The notes beneath the pieces are model-generated. The model was not told the origin of the DNA. It saw only the letters and a list, made by a program, of their open reading frames with translations, and made no database searches. Shown here one piece after another: positions 36,109 through 46,372 of a stretch of 64,000 bases of DNA. Both the position numbers and the translations under genes were made by a program. Source of the stretch: a virus; the IMG/VR virus record IMGVR_UViG_3300045988_063953, one strand, 5' to 3'. Every line of letters starts with the position of its first letter. Positions within the stretch are counted from its first letter, which is position 1.

Positions 36109-36384
36109 TTATACTATTGCAAACAATGAACCAATAATACTGCCAACTACATCAGCAATAATATCTTTACTATCAAAAACATTATCAGGTTCTTTACTGT
36201 CTTTTTTCTCTTTAAGATATCCAATAAGAATAATAATTATATTAGCTATAACAAGAGAAGCTATTAGCCCTACAAGAGGACTAATAGCTTTAACAATAAA
36301 GAAACTAATTACAAAACAAACATCAATATGTAGAAGTTTATCTTGTTGAATCTTACTAACAAGAGTTATTAGTTTCTTATACAT
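36109..36384 (-). CDS. small membrane protein
   Basis: I use the internal ATG at 36384 (MYKKLITL...) rather than the track start at 36447, which overlaps the upstream gene. It has two to three hydrophobic segments. Confidence 0.55.
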   Translation of the reverse strand: MYKKLITLVSKIQQDKLLHIDVCFVISFFIVKAISPLVGLIASLVIANIIIILIGYLKEKKDSKEPDNVFDSKDIIADVVGSIIGSLFAIV

Positions 36385-36389
36385 AACAC

Positions 36390-36653
36390 TTACTTGAATA
36401 ATAATGTCAGACCACAACCAACAACACAACCAATGATACCTACACAAAGATTAAATACTTTGAATTTAGCACCATCACCACTTATCATAGTGTTAGCAAT
36501 TTGAAGAACAAAACTACCACAAGCACCAAATAGTAGTGAAAGCCAAATACCATTAGTAGGTGTACCACTCTTAATCTGAACTACTTCAGTAATAACACCA
36601 ATAACAACTAAAATAGCTGTTGTAAACCAAACTTTGTCTAATAATTTAACCAT
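36390..36653 (-). CDS. small membrane protein
   Basis: 87 aa with about three hydrophobic segments rich in G/C/V/I. Confidence 0.55.
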   Translation of the reverse strand: MVKLLDKVWFTTAILVVIGVITEVVQIKSGTPTNGIWLSLLFGACGSFVLQIANTMISGDGAKFKVFNLCVGIIGCVVGCGLTLLFK

Positions 36654-36698
36654 AACATTAAATATTTAATAATTAATACTATTAAGTTGATTATCAAC

Positions 36699-37004
36699 TT
36701 AATCTTTTATTTCATATACACCATCAGGTTTATTAATTAAATCATTCTCTTGAATGAAATCATTAACTTTCTTTGCAATACTCTTAGCTTGTTTACGCCA
36801 TTCTTGCATATCGTTAAACTCTTTTAGATACTCTTCATTAGTAGTATCTGAAAGATAGTTATTTACTATTGCCTCAACTTGTGAAGCAGAATATCTCTCT
36901 CTGATAATAGTATCTATAATATTAGGCACCTTACAATCATTAAGTATGACACCAAATATGTCTGATAGTATTCTAATACTATTATTATATTTTTCTACAT
37001 ACAT
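36699..37004 (-). CDS. hypothetical protein
   Basis: 101-aa ORF starting 3 nt after the stop of the 1870-aa gene. Confidence 0.6.
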   Translation of the reverse strand: MYVEKYNNSIRILSDIFGVILNDCKVPNIIDTIIRERYSASQVEAIVNNYLSDTTNEEYLKEFNDMQEWRKQAKSIAKKVNDFIQENDLINKPDGVYEIKD

Positions 37005-37007
37005 AAC

Positions 37008-40000
37008 TTAAAAACTACAAGATAATATACAATGATGATTTCCAGAATGTCCTTGTTCATGATAATTACTGTTTTTACTAACGTACATTCCAGCAATATA
37101 AAATACATCTTGATATTCCCTATATGAAGTCAATACGTAATACCTTGTTAAAGGATTCCATGTAAGATAAAAAGTATCATCATTTATTTTTAATAACTCA
37201 TCTATTGTATCTTTAGTACTTATAAACCAATTTCCAGCGGCAAAACGACTATCTAATTTTTCATTAGGTTTAATAGTCGGTTCATAACATCTTGTTTGTC
37301 CAATAATACTATTAATCTTTCTATAATAGCCAAAGTTACTTTTATCATATTCTTTAAACCTATCGCCAAGTAGGTTTGCTAAAAATAAAGAAACTACATA
37401 AGTATTTATATATCCAGCTGGAACAATAGTACCTATGGGAATATTAGGAACTTTGTTTGTTCTACAAGTAGTAAGTAAAGTATTAATATTAGTTGTAGAA
37501 TCTAAATTGCTATCTAAATTGTTATTTGGATTAAACTCTTTTAGCCAATAGCCAAATAAAGGCGTTAAAGACATGCATAATCTTATATCCTTATCAATAT
37601 AATAGCAATAACCTACTAATGTCTTATTACGATTTATTATATCAGAAGTAGTACCGTCTGCATAAACCCAATCTTTTACTTTAGTAGTACGCTTATAGAA
37701 TCCAACATTAAATTCAGCTTTAAGTACACTTCCGTCAGATTTAACAACATCGGCTTTAATAGTAGCCTTAGCACTTGTATCATCTTTAGTAGAAGATATT
37801 TTAGTAACATATAGCTGACCTGTCTTAGGGTTAATCGTAGCATAAGGATTTTCCGTAATACTCCAAAAAACACTACTGATATTATTTGCACTAATAGGTG
37901 TGGCATAAATAGAGTACTCGTTATCAGCAACTTCTTGAATATAAGAATCTCCGCTAATCTCTACAGCCGTACAATTAATAATGTTGTAAACTATATGTAA
38001 CTTATTACTATTATCATCTATATTACCCCACTTTTCAACCGCTTTAACTTTATCCTCAAAGCTAAGAGTAAAACCACTAAGAGTAATCTTACCTTGTAAG
38101 TCAGCGTTACTATTGATAAGAATATCCCAAATAGATTTATCTGTAATTGTTAAGTCAATATTCTTAGCCTCAATAAACTTTAGCTTACCATTGGCTGCAA
38201 GTTTAACTAACATAGTAGCAAAATCTATATTAGGACAATCATAATAAGTAAACTTAGTTATATTATCAGTTCCAGCTAATACTAAATCACTTGCTTGAAG
38301 AGAAGTAAAACCTGTAAGATTAAGCTCTGTAATAGTAGCAGGAAGAGAAAGTTTCTTAAGATATTGATTAGGAAGAGATTTAACTCCTAAAATACCACTA
38401 CCTGTAAAATCAATTTCTTCGCATATCTCACTATTAATATTAATAACTTTTCTAAGATTCTTTACATTAGTAACAATAACCTTTTTAAGAAGAGTCATTT
38501 TACTTAAATCGAAAGAAGTACCTTCTTCAAGTGTATTAGGTAATGTTTCAGAATACTTCATAATAAACTCTGTAAGAGAAATACAAAGTCCCATGTTAGC
38601 ATCAAAATAGAAATTACCAAAACCTTCAAAACCATAATAAGTTATTTCACCAGAAGTAGACCTTGTATAAGTCTTGATATCAGTAACCATATCACAGTCA
38701 TCAATATCAAATGTTGCATTCTGTGGATTACTAAAACCAAAAGGAATAAGAGCATAATCTCCATCAATAGAACGTTTAGTAACAAAGTTATTAGCACCCC
38801 ATTGAACGCTTGCGTACATTGGAGAATAATGCTTTATAGCAATACCTTTACCATTCTCATAAAGACGAAGTCGAAGATTGTTAACAATACTTTGTCCGCA
38901 ACAATATTTACTATCAAGATAACGGAATCGTTTAGTATAAAAATATTTACTTAGTTGAAGTTTATCACCATATGCTTTTTCAAAGTTATTTGTATTAACA
39001 TAACCCATAGCATCAGCGTTATAAATATTTTCACAAAGTTGTTTCCAATAACTAAGATATTCAGCAAACATATCTTTAGCATTGAAACCATTACTCTGCA
39101 TAAGTTTATAAATATTCTTAATATCATCACTCCAACAACTCCAAATCAAGTCCATAAGACCACTATAACGACCATTAAATACAGGACTATATCCTTGCTC
39201 TAAATGAGGATTCCAAGTATTAGTATCATTGTTGTAATCTTCACCACTCATTTGAAGAGTTTTACCAGTAGCAACATTGAAACTATCATTCCACTCATGC
39301 CAATACTTGAAAGTAAGAACTCCTGAGTTATTAAACAAATCACGACTATCAGTATCACGTAAGAATAATCTTGCAGGAGCCCATTGAATAGTTCCATCAG
39401 GTAAGGTAACAATATCATCATAAGCAAGACTTGAATTCTTATCCATACCATCCATTCCAATAATACCTTCATTAAAGATAAAATAGAATATAGCATCACT
39501 CTTTACAAGATAAGGTTTGTATTCATTTACAAACTTAGCTTTACGATAATCAACACTATCTTTAGTGTAAGTAACATCATTATATTTTACAGGACGGTCT
39601 AAAGTTCTATAATCTCCATGTTGTTTCTTATATCGTTCAGCAAGATGATAGTTACAATCAACAATCCAATTATGGGTACGAGAAATACAAGCAATTTCTT
39701 TATTTGCTGCATCTATATTATCAGTAGCTAATTTAATAGCACCAAACTTATTAGATTTATTAGTTGGTGACTTTTTAGGAATACGAGCATAATAAATAGG
39801 TTGACCTGTAATGTTACTCTTAGTCAAAACACCATTTTCATAACTATGTTGAGTAGCATATCTGTTATAGAAGTTAACATTCTCATCTACCTCCCAAATT
39901 TGAGCAGTTTTATAATCCTTTGCAGGAAAACCAAAAATACTTGCATTATACTTATTATTAATGAAGTTATAGAAACTAAGGAAAGTAGGAGCTTCGTTAC

Positions 40001-42620
40001 CAGAAGTAGAAGTTCTTCTAAAACCTATTTCAGGAAAACCACTAAGAGATTTACGATAAGTAATTTCTTCAGATGCATCTCTCTGTTGTTTCTGAAATTT
40101 AGTATAAAGTTCTTCATTAGTTTTAGCACAACCCAAAAGTATCTTATGAAATATATTCATAGCATGAATATTAAAAATACCTTCAGAAGAAGCAAAATTA
40201 ACTTTATGAACTAATTCAGTTTCACCTTTAGAAATACCCTTAGTAATAGAATATGCTTTGACAACTTTAGAACTATGTTCTGGGTCAAGAGTAATATCTA
40301 TTTCTTTACCATCAGAAGTCTTAAAGATTTCTGCAAAGTTTTTATATGGAAGAGGATAGCTGTTAGAACTTGTACCATCAGCATTAAACATATGATTTCC
40401 GACACTAAACGGAGCACAAGCGTCACCATATTTCGTAGCATCCCATTGAGGATTTCTAAATACAGTTCCGTTAATAACTACATCAGGATTATTCTTATTA
40501 AAAGGAAGAGCATCTATATTCCACTCAATAATAGGAGTATTAGGAAGGGCTTCTAAAACCTTTGTATAAGAAATAATTTCCTGAGGTTTATGAACATCTC
40601 CAACACTATTCAGAATATCATTTCGTTTAACAATATTGATTTTACCATAACGAACAAAGTTACCAGAAGCATCATGAACATCATCTACATCAGGTGTATC
40701 GTAAGCGTAATTACTTACAATCTGATTAAATGTAAGAGGCTTATCATATATACGAAGAGAATATAATTTGACAAGTGCTGTATGGCAACCTACAACAATG
40801 TTCTTAGCATCACCTTGCTGCCAACTTGCAGTCTTATAATCGAACATACGAACAATAGTTCCGTTGACATAAAGATAAGCAAGATTAGCATCATTCTCTA
40901 TAACATTATTACCACCTAAATCATTACGTGTATGTGTAGTAGTTCCATCAATAACAAAACTAACTTTAATACGAGAACGTTCTGGGAAATAAGTAGCAAC
41001 TGTATCTAAGTTACAACCAAAGATAATACGATTAGCCATTATCTTGAAACCTGTACCAGCACTCCAACAAGAAATAATTACATCATTCTCATTAGCACAA
41101 ACACCAGACTGAAATTCAAGTTCAATAGTTTTACCTGTCTTATTACCATTAGCACCACAATCAGTACTAAAAGGAAGATAATCTTGAAGTACTAATTCTT
41201 TACCAGGTCTAACAGTAATTCCATATCCATCAAGGAAACCATTATTCTCATCAAGATTGAAGTTTCTACTACGAGTAAAACGAGAAGTAAGTTCACCATT
41301 ATAACGAGATACTAATTGTTTAGCATCAGCGTCATCATTAGACTTACCTTTCATATTATAGTAAACTTTACATTCGTCTACATCTTTAATAGTAACACCG
41401 ATACTCTCAACAGTAATCTTCTTTGTAGCAACAAGCCTTGTACCAATCTTAATACGAACTGTAATCTCAGGAAGATAATTACCATCATCAAGATTTAATA
41501 CAATATTACGAAGACCTGACATATGAGAAGAATCAAGTATAATAACTTGATTACTCAAAGGCTTAACAGAAGCTTCACCATTATAAAGAACTTCTATATT
41601 AACTGTAATCTCACTACCAGTTCTATCATCAGGAAGATAAAAATAATAAGGTAGATTAATTACACTAAACTGTTTAGCAGAACTTAAAATAGCCTTACCA
41701 AAAGTAAGTGCTGGAACTCCATTACCAAGAGTACTACCTTTAATATAAGTAGTAGTAAGTTCTTCTGTCTTTAGACCGAGTTCTTTATTCTCTGCCCAAA
41801 TAGTAATATTATGAATACCTAAAGCATAATTTTGATTAGGGTCAATAATAAACTCACCAGAAGAATTAGTAATCTCTTTTGTATAAATATCTGTACTTGC
41901 ATTATTAGTTACTTTACAATATACATTTGCAGAAGTACCTGAACAAAGTACACGAAGATTCCATTTACCAAACTGAACAATACTCTCATCATAGTTGTTT
42001 GCAAAACTAAGTTTGAGGTCATAAACAACTACATTAAAAGTAAAGCTCTTATCAAATCCATGGTCATTAGTAATTCTAATAACAACCTTATTATTTTCAT
42101 TAACAAGATAATCTTTTAATTCAAGAGTATAAACATTACCCTGAGCAACACCACTTGGAACAAGTTCACGGCTTAATGCAACTACTTTAACATTGTTGAT
42201 AGTAACTTCCATTAAACCATTAGATGTATCTTTCTGTGTAGGGTCAGTATCCCAATAACAATTATAAGATATACTAAGAGTATTACTACTACCCTTAGAC
42301 ATATTATTATTAAGATATTTTACAATAGTAGTTTTAGTAGTAAATGTAGCTTCAGGACGATTACTATAAAACTCAAACGTAGAAAGTACGTTATCAACAT
42401 AAGTAGCTTTATCACTAAACCATTGCTCATAACTATCACTATCTCTAAAAAAGCGCATAGTCTGAAGACCAGCATCTCCAGACTCAACACTAAGATAGCC
42501 ATATTTAGAAGTATCAAGACCTCTAAATCTATCTTTTATAAACTCTTCAACTCGACGTCCTGCATAACCTTCCCAAGAAGTATCAAGACTATCAAGTTTA
42601 TTATCAATAACTTTTACCAT
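37008..42620 (-). CDS. tail fibre / receptor-binding mosaic protein (LamG-like, LRR-like, Big_2-like segments)
   Basis: 1870 aa. ANLAYLYVNGTIVRM...LYSLRIYDKPLT looks like a LamG/concanavalin-type lectin fold (complement of about 40670-41000). The repeated L-x-x-L-x-L-x-N/T segments around KLSLPATITELNLTGFTSL look like leucine-rich repeats. ISGDSYI...WSITENPYATINPKTGQLYVTK looks Big_2-like (complement of about 37800-37990). Confidence 0.7.
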   Translation of the reverse strand: MVKVIDNKLDSLDTSWEGYAGRRVEEFIKDRFRGLDTSKYGYLSVESGDAGLQTMRFFRDSDSYEQWFSDKATYVDNVLSTFEFYSNRPEATFTTKTTIVKYLNNNMSKGSSNTLSISYNCYWDTDPTQKDTSNGLMEVTINNVKVVALSRELVPSGVAQGNVYTLELKDYLVNENNKVVIRITNDHGFDKSFTFNVVVYDLKLSFANNYDESIVQFGKWNLRVLCSGTSANVYCKVTNNASTDIYTKEITNSSGEFIIDPNQNYALGIHNITIWAENKELGLKTEELTTTYIKGSTLGNGVPALTFGKAILSSAKQFSVINLPYYFYLPDDRTGSEITVNIEVLYNGEASVKPLSNQVIILDSSHMSGLRNIVLNLDDGNYLPEITVRIKIGTRLVATKKITVESIGVTIKDVDECKVYYNMKGKSNDDADAKQLVSRYNGELTSRFTRSRNFNLDENNGFLDGYGITVRPGKELVLQDYLPFSTDCGANGNKTGKTIELEFQSGVCANENDVIISCWSAGTGFKIMANRIIFGCNLDTVATYFPERSRIKVSFVIDGTTTHTRNDLGGNNVIENDANLAYLYVNGTIVRMFDYKTASWQQGDAKNIVVGCHTALVKLYSLRIYDKPLTFNQIVSNYAYDTPDVDDVHDASGNFVRYGKINIVKRNDILNSVGDVHKPQEIISYTKVLEALPNTPIIEWNIDALPFNKNNPDVVINGTVFRNPQWDATKYGDACAPFSVGNHMFNADGTSSNSYPLPYKNFAEIFKTSDGKEIDITLDPEHSSKVVKAYSITKGISKGETELVHKVNFASSEGIFNIHAMNIFHKILLGCAKTNEELYTKFQKQQRDASEEITYRKSLSGFPEIGFRRTSTSGNEAPTFLSFYNFINNKYNASIFGFPAKDYKTAQIWEVDENVNFYNRYATQHSYENGVLTKSNITGQPIYYARIPKKSPTNKSNKFGAIKLATDNIDAANKEIACISRTHNWIVDCNYHLAERYKKQHGDYRTLDRPVKYNDVTYTKDSVDYRKAKFVNEYKPYLVKSDAIFYFIFNEGIIGMDGMDKNSSLAYDDIVTLPDGTIQWAPARLFLRDTDSRDLFNNSGVLTFKYWHEWNDSFNVATGKTLQMSGEDYNNDTNTWNPHLEQGYSPVFNGRYSGLMDLIWSCWSDDIKNIYKLMQSNGFNAKDMFAEYLSYWKQLCENIYNADAMGYVNTNNFEKAYGDKLQLSKYFYTKRFRYLDSKYCCGQSIVNNLRLRLYENGKGIAIKHYSPMYASVQWGANNFVTKRSIDGDYALIPFGFSNPQNATFDIDDCDMVTDIKTYTRSTSGEITYYGFEGFGNFYFDANMGLCISLTEFIMKYSETLPNTLEEGTSFDLSKMTLLKKVIVTNVKNLRKVININSEICEEIDFTGSGILGVKSLPNQYLKKLSLPATITELNLTGFTSLQASDLVLAGTDNITKFTYYDCPNIDFATMLVKLAANGKLKFIEAKNIDLTITDKSIWDILINSNADLQGKITLSGFTLSFEDKVKAVEKWGNIDDNSNKLHIVYNIINCTAVEISGDSYIQEVADNEYSIYATPISANNISSVFWSITENPYATINPKTGQLYVTKISSTKDDTSAKATIKADVVKSDGSVLKAEFNVGFYKRTTKVKDWVYADGTTSDIINRNKTLVGYCYYIDKDIRLCMSLTPLFGYWLKEFNPNNNLDSNLDSTTNINTLLTTCRTNKVPNIPIGTIVPAGYINTYVVSLFLANLLGDRFKEYDKSNFGYYRKINSIIGQTRCYEPTIKPNEKLDSRFAAGNWFISTKDTIDELLKINDDTFYLTWNPLTRYYVLTSYREYQDVFYIAGMYVSKNSNYHEQGHSGNHHCILSCSF

Positions 42621-42635
42621 AAGAATATTATTAAC

Positions 42636-42812
42636 TTATTTATGATTTCTCCAACTATCAGTACCTTTCCAAGGATTGTTTCTAATCCAATAACCAGCAC
42701 CAAAACAACTCTTAATAAGTTGCCAAACTAAAGTAGTACCTCGATAAACTTTAGTAATAATCTTATTACCATAAAAGATACCACCTATATTATGACCATC
42801 TTTATGTAACAT
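42636..42812 (-). CDS. unlisted 58-aa ORF (MLHKDGHNIGGIFYGNKIITKVYRGTTLVWQ...)
   Basis: This ORF is below the track's length cutoff. It has an ATG at 42812-42810 and a TAA at 42638-42636 and fills the only sizeable gap in the tail module. The KVYRGTTLVW-type beta-strand repeat is common at tail-fibre N-termini. Confidence 0.45.
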   Translation of the reverse strand: MLHKDGHNIGGIFYGNKIITKVYRGTTLVWQLIKSCFGAGYWIRNNPWKGTDSWRNHK

Positions 42813-42815
42813 AGA

Positions 42816-43958
42816 CTATTCTTCTTCATGAGTAAAATAAAACCTATCAGCTTCAAGTCCACCACTACTTGCAAGATTAGAATATTCTTCTTCAGTAAGA
42901 ACTCTTGTTTTAATAGATTCTATATTATCAACACTACGTTTAAGTTCATTGAAAGTACTCTGCATTACAACAGGAATTTCAACACTATTCCAAACATTCC
43001 TATCAGGATTACTACAATAAATAAACTTAATAGTAGGTTGTGGTATAGAAACATTAGTTCCATCAGAAGTAGTAAAATGAATATATTCACCAACAGTATA
43101 AGCAATATAATAACCTTTTACTTTAGGTTGTTCTGGAGCTGTAGCAGGAGTAGCAATTCCAAAATACTTGTAACCTTCATCAATAAGTTCTTTAAGAACT
43201 CTACCTTGATTAGCTGTTAAAGCATATTCTGTAGAATCAGAATCAAGACTATCTTTAATATACCTCTTATTGACAAGTACCCAATTATCATCTTTAGCCC
43301 ATTCAGCATCAGTAAAAAGATTACCAATATACTGTTCAACAATAGGTTTATTATTAGATGTATTAACATAACTAAGAACAAAACCTATATTACGTTTATT
43401 GATAGGAATTTGAATACGAGTTTTTTCAACATCTGTATTCCAAATAACAGTAGATGTAAATACATCATTTGTAATAAGTTCCCAATCAGTAACTGCAGCA
43501 CTATAATCTTTACTTACATTCTGATAAATTACATACTTACCACTAATCTTACTAATGAAACTAATACGAATACCAGGTACTCTAAAGTCTTCAGGAATTA
43601 CTCCAATAGCCTCGTCAAGACTATATTTACTATTGTTATTATTCCGAGAACAATTATACTCAAGAGTATTATTGACAATATACTGATATATACCATTACT
43701 TCTAACTAATTTGAAACTACCTTTGGTAGGATATGTATCATATTCAATACCAGTAGTAGAATACGTTTTACCATTAATCTCGATAAGTACTCGTTCAAGT
43801 TCTCGTCTGAGTTCTTCTATAGCTGCATTTCCACCATTAGTAAAAGATGAAATCTTAGCATTTATATCTTCTTGAGTTTCACCAAGATTAAAATCATATA
43901 TTGCGTCAGTGGTTGTCATAGTACCACCTTGCACAATCTTTTCTATCTCTTTAGGCAT
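42816..43958 (-). CDS. tail-module protein, function unknown
   Basis: 380-aa ORF, tightly packed. Confidence 0.65.
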   Translation of the reverse strand: MPKEIEKIVQGGTMTTTDAIYDFNLGETQEDINAKISSFTNGGNAAIEELRRELERVLIEINGKTYSTTGIEYDTYPTKGSFKLVRSNGIYQYIVNNTLEYNCSRNNNNSKYSLDEAIGVIPEDFRVPGIRISFISKISGKYVIYQNVSKDYSAAVTDWELITNDVFTSTVIWNTDVEKTRIQIPINKRNIGFVLSYVNTSNNKPIVEQYIGNLFTDAEWAKDDNWVLVNKRYIKDSLDSDSTEYALTANQGRVLKELIDEGYKYFGIATPATAPEQPKVKGYYIAYTVGEYIHFTTSDGTNVSIPQPTIKFIYCSNPDRNVWNSVEIPVVMQSTFNELKRSVDNIESIKTRVLTEEEYSNLASSGGLEADRFYFTHEEE

Positions 43959-43960
43959 AC

Positions 43961-44563
43961 TTATAGTATTGTTACAACACTTGTACTATTACTAAAAGAA
44001 GTATTAGGTTTATACACTATATAATCTTTATCATCTACTTTAATCGTATTTACTTTTGTAAAAACAATAGTATTACTTGAAGTAGAATTTAGTAGAGTAC
44101 GAGTGCCAGAGGTTAAAGTAACAGGAGAAACAATGTACAATTCTGAAGTAGCACCACAATTTACAACATAAGATGTTGCAACATTGTTAACTCTAATTTC
44201 AAAATCTTTAATTTCTTCTGCTGTAATTTTATCAGCATCAAGAGTTTTATCTCTCAATACAAAATATATAGATTTAGTATTATCAGTTTTATTAGGATAA
44301 TATATATCTATTTGACCACGAACATAATTCATTACAAGAGAAGCCTCTTTATATCTACCAGCATTCCAAGCAGCAACACCTGCGGTAAATATATTGAAAC
44401 ATTCTACAATACGACTTTGTCTATCTCTACAAGATACTTTACAATCCTTAACTGCATCAAGTCCATATTCAGAAAAAAGAAGTAATATCTTTTCATAAAT
44501 ATCATTATATTGAGCAGGAATTGTCATAAACAAAGTTCCAATACAATTAGCACTATCTGTCAT
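43961..44563 (-). CDS. structural-module protein, function unknown
   Basis: 200-aa ORF. Its start overlaps the upstream stop in an ATGA arrangement. Confidence 0.65.
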   Translation of the reverse strand: MTDSANCIGTLFMTIPAQYNDIYEKILLLFSEYGLDAVKDCKVSCRDRQSRIVECFNIFTAGVAAWNAGRYKEASLVMNYVRGQIDIYYPNKTDNTKSIYFVLRDKTLDADKITAEEIKDFEIRVNNVATSYVVNCGATSELYIVSPVTLTSGTRTLLNSTSSNTIVFTKVNTIKVDDKDYIVYKPNTSFSNSTSVVTIL

Positions 44564-44784
44564 AGCATTTGGTTTTTAATATAAAGTTCTGTAATATTTT
44601 CTTTTTCGTTCTGAGAGTATAAATTTATATGGTTGATAGAATGTACCAACAAGATACGAAAAGAGCCTGTAAACCAAAAGTTGGGCAATAACACCCCCGT
44701 AGAGGAGAGTGTTATGCCCGACATAGCATTATTGATAATGGCATTAACAACATTAAGTCCAATACCTTCAAAATCATTAGTCAT
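44560..44784 (-). CDS. small hypothetical protein
   Basis: 74-aa ORF with a 3-nt gap on one side and a 4-nt overlap on the other. It contains a degenerate GC-rich motif copy and a 7-bp hairpin. Confidence 0.5.
   Translation of the reverse strand: MTNDFEGIGLNVVNAIINNAMSGITLSSTGVLLPNFWFTGSFRILLVHSINHINLYSQNEKENITELYIKNQML
44692..44711 (+). repeat. GC-rich dispersed motif copy 12, degenerate (CACCCCCGTAGAGGAGAGTG)
   Basis: Two core mismatches. It is flanked by the 7-bp inverted repeat ATAACAC/GTGTTAT and lies inside the 74-aa ORF. Confidence 0.6.
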
Positions 44785-44787
44785 AAG

Positions 44788-45411
44788 TTATTTACTAAAT
44801 ACTTTATTATCAATATAAGTTTCATATTTTCCAATCTCAATATTAAGACGATGTTGGAGTTGTAAGATACGACTAATATCAGACTTCTTTCCATATATGA
44901 CAGAGATTATCGTATTAGATATTTGTTCTATCCATCGTTTGTCTAATTGAGAAGCAACATTAACATTATCTATTTCATAATTAGATAAAATAGAATAAAC
45001 TTTATAATACTCAGTACTAACAAGTTTAAGTATGTTTTCTACTATTTGTTCTTTGTTTTCTTCAACGTGATTAGTAATAATCGTTTCTATACAATCTTCA
45101 TTAAGTTTAGACTTCAATGCTTCAAATGCTAAACGAATAGCATTTTTACATCTTACGTAATCTTTATGTTCTGCATCTTTGAAAGTCTTATCTAATACAT
45201 TGTTAAGCTTAATAACGTTAGAACCAATATCTTTAATAGCAGTAGCCATTTCAATAATTGGTTTGTTACGACTTTTAGCTTTAAGCATATCAATAACTTT
45301 AATAATCAAAGTGTAAATAATAAAGACACAACTTGAAAGAAGAACTGTATTATAAGAAGAACTTCTAACTGCGTTACTTATTAATTCATTAATTGTAGAT
45401 AAATCGTGCAT
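44788..45411 (-). CDS. hypothetical protein with N-terminal hydrophobic segment
   Basis: 207-aa ORF and the first gene after the terminator at 45420-45463. Hydrophobic stretch VLLSSCVFIIYTLIIKV. Confidence 0.6.
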   Translation of the reverse strand: MHDLSTINELISNAVRSSSYNTVLLSSCVFIIYTLIIKVIDMLKAKSRNKPIIEMATAIKDIGSNVIKLNNVLDKTFKDAEHKDYVRCKNAIRLAFEALKSKLNEDCIETIITNHVEENKEQIVENILKLVSTEYYKVYSILSNYEIDNVNVASQLDKRWIEQISNTIISVIYGKKSDISRILQLQHRLNIEIGKYETYIDNKVFSK

Positions 45412-45419
45412 ACTATTAT

Positions 45420-45463
45420 CTTAATAAAGAAACCCACTATCAGCAGGATAGCCAATAGTGGGT
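45420..45463 (-). terminator. intrinsic terminator after the 292-aa head-associated gene
   Basis: ACCCACTAT/ATAGTGGGT 9-bp stem (45432-45440/45455-45463), followed on the minus strand by TTCTTTATT. Confidence 0.8.
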
Positions 45464-45473
45464 CATCAGTCAA

Positions 45474-46352
45474 TTAAGCAGTAACAAGAACTTTACCAAT
45501 GCCCTCTTCAGAAGTAGCACCTACTGGAACAGCAATGTGAATTACTTGATTAACACTCTCCTCCATAACATGAGCAGCAGGATGAAGAACATTAGAGTAA
45601 GACAATGTGTAGAGGTTGTAAGTAGCACCCTTTGCTACATCTGCAAGATAACCCGGATAGATATCTCTATCTTCATGATACTGATAACCTGCATCAGCAG
45701 CACAAGCCTTAGCAAGAGAAAGAATCTGCTCAGGTGTACCACAAGCAGCTACAGCAGCAGTCGTTGTAACAGCAAGAGGAGCAAGTGCATCAGTAAGAGT
45801 TACATTGAAAATAGAATCATCTTTTGAAGCCTCAAAAGAAACCTTTTCAGCAGCAACAGTTACTTTAATATCAACACCTGCTTCAGCAAACTGATTTGAA
45901 AAATGCTTACCAATCTTAGCAGCAACATCTTTTGCAAGAACTGACTTAGGGAATCGTTCAGTATAAGTATAGTTAATTCGTTCATTCAACTTAGTACCTG
46001 CAACACTAACAATTACAGTATAGTCAAAGAACAAACGATTATTAACCTTAACTCCCAAATCATCAGCAGGAGCAACAATAGTAAATTCTTTCTTAAGTTT
46101 AGTACCAGCTGCATAAGCTGCCTTAACAACCTTAAGAGTCTTAAGATTAACTTCAGGCATAACAATAGCAGCGTTATTAGCACCACGACCTGCTACAATA
46201 GCAAAATCCTTTTTAGGAGCAGCAGCAAGCCAAGCAGCTGCATCACACTCATAAAAACCGATCGAACCATCAGCCATACCAGACAAATCAGTAGGCTTTG
46301 CAGCACCACCATTGAGAGCGGCAGTAGCATTTACTATAAAAAGTCTTTTCAT
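45474..46352 (-). CDS. abundant head-associated protein (decoration/fibre-like, speculative)
   Basis: 292-aa Ala/Val/Thr-rich beta-type protein with locally higher GC. It is followed immediately by a strong terminator, which suggests high expression. It lies three genes after the capsid gene. Confidence 0.6.
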   Translation of the reverse strand: MKRLFIVNATAALNGGAAKPTDLSGMADGSIGFYECDAAAWLAAAPKKDFAIVAGRGANNAAIVMPEVNLKTLKVVKAAYAAGTKLKKEFTIVAPADDLGVKVNNRLFFDYTVIVSVAGTKLNERINYTYTERFPKSVLAKDVAAKIGKHFSNQFAEAGVDIKVTVAAEKVSFEASKDDSIFNVTLTDALAPLAVTTTAAVAACGTPEQILSLAKACAADAGYQYHEDRDIYPGYLADVAKGATYNLYTLSYSNVLHPAAHVMEESVNQVIHIAVPVGATSEEGIGKVLVTA

Positions 46353-46372
46353 ATAACTTCTTTAATTAATAA

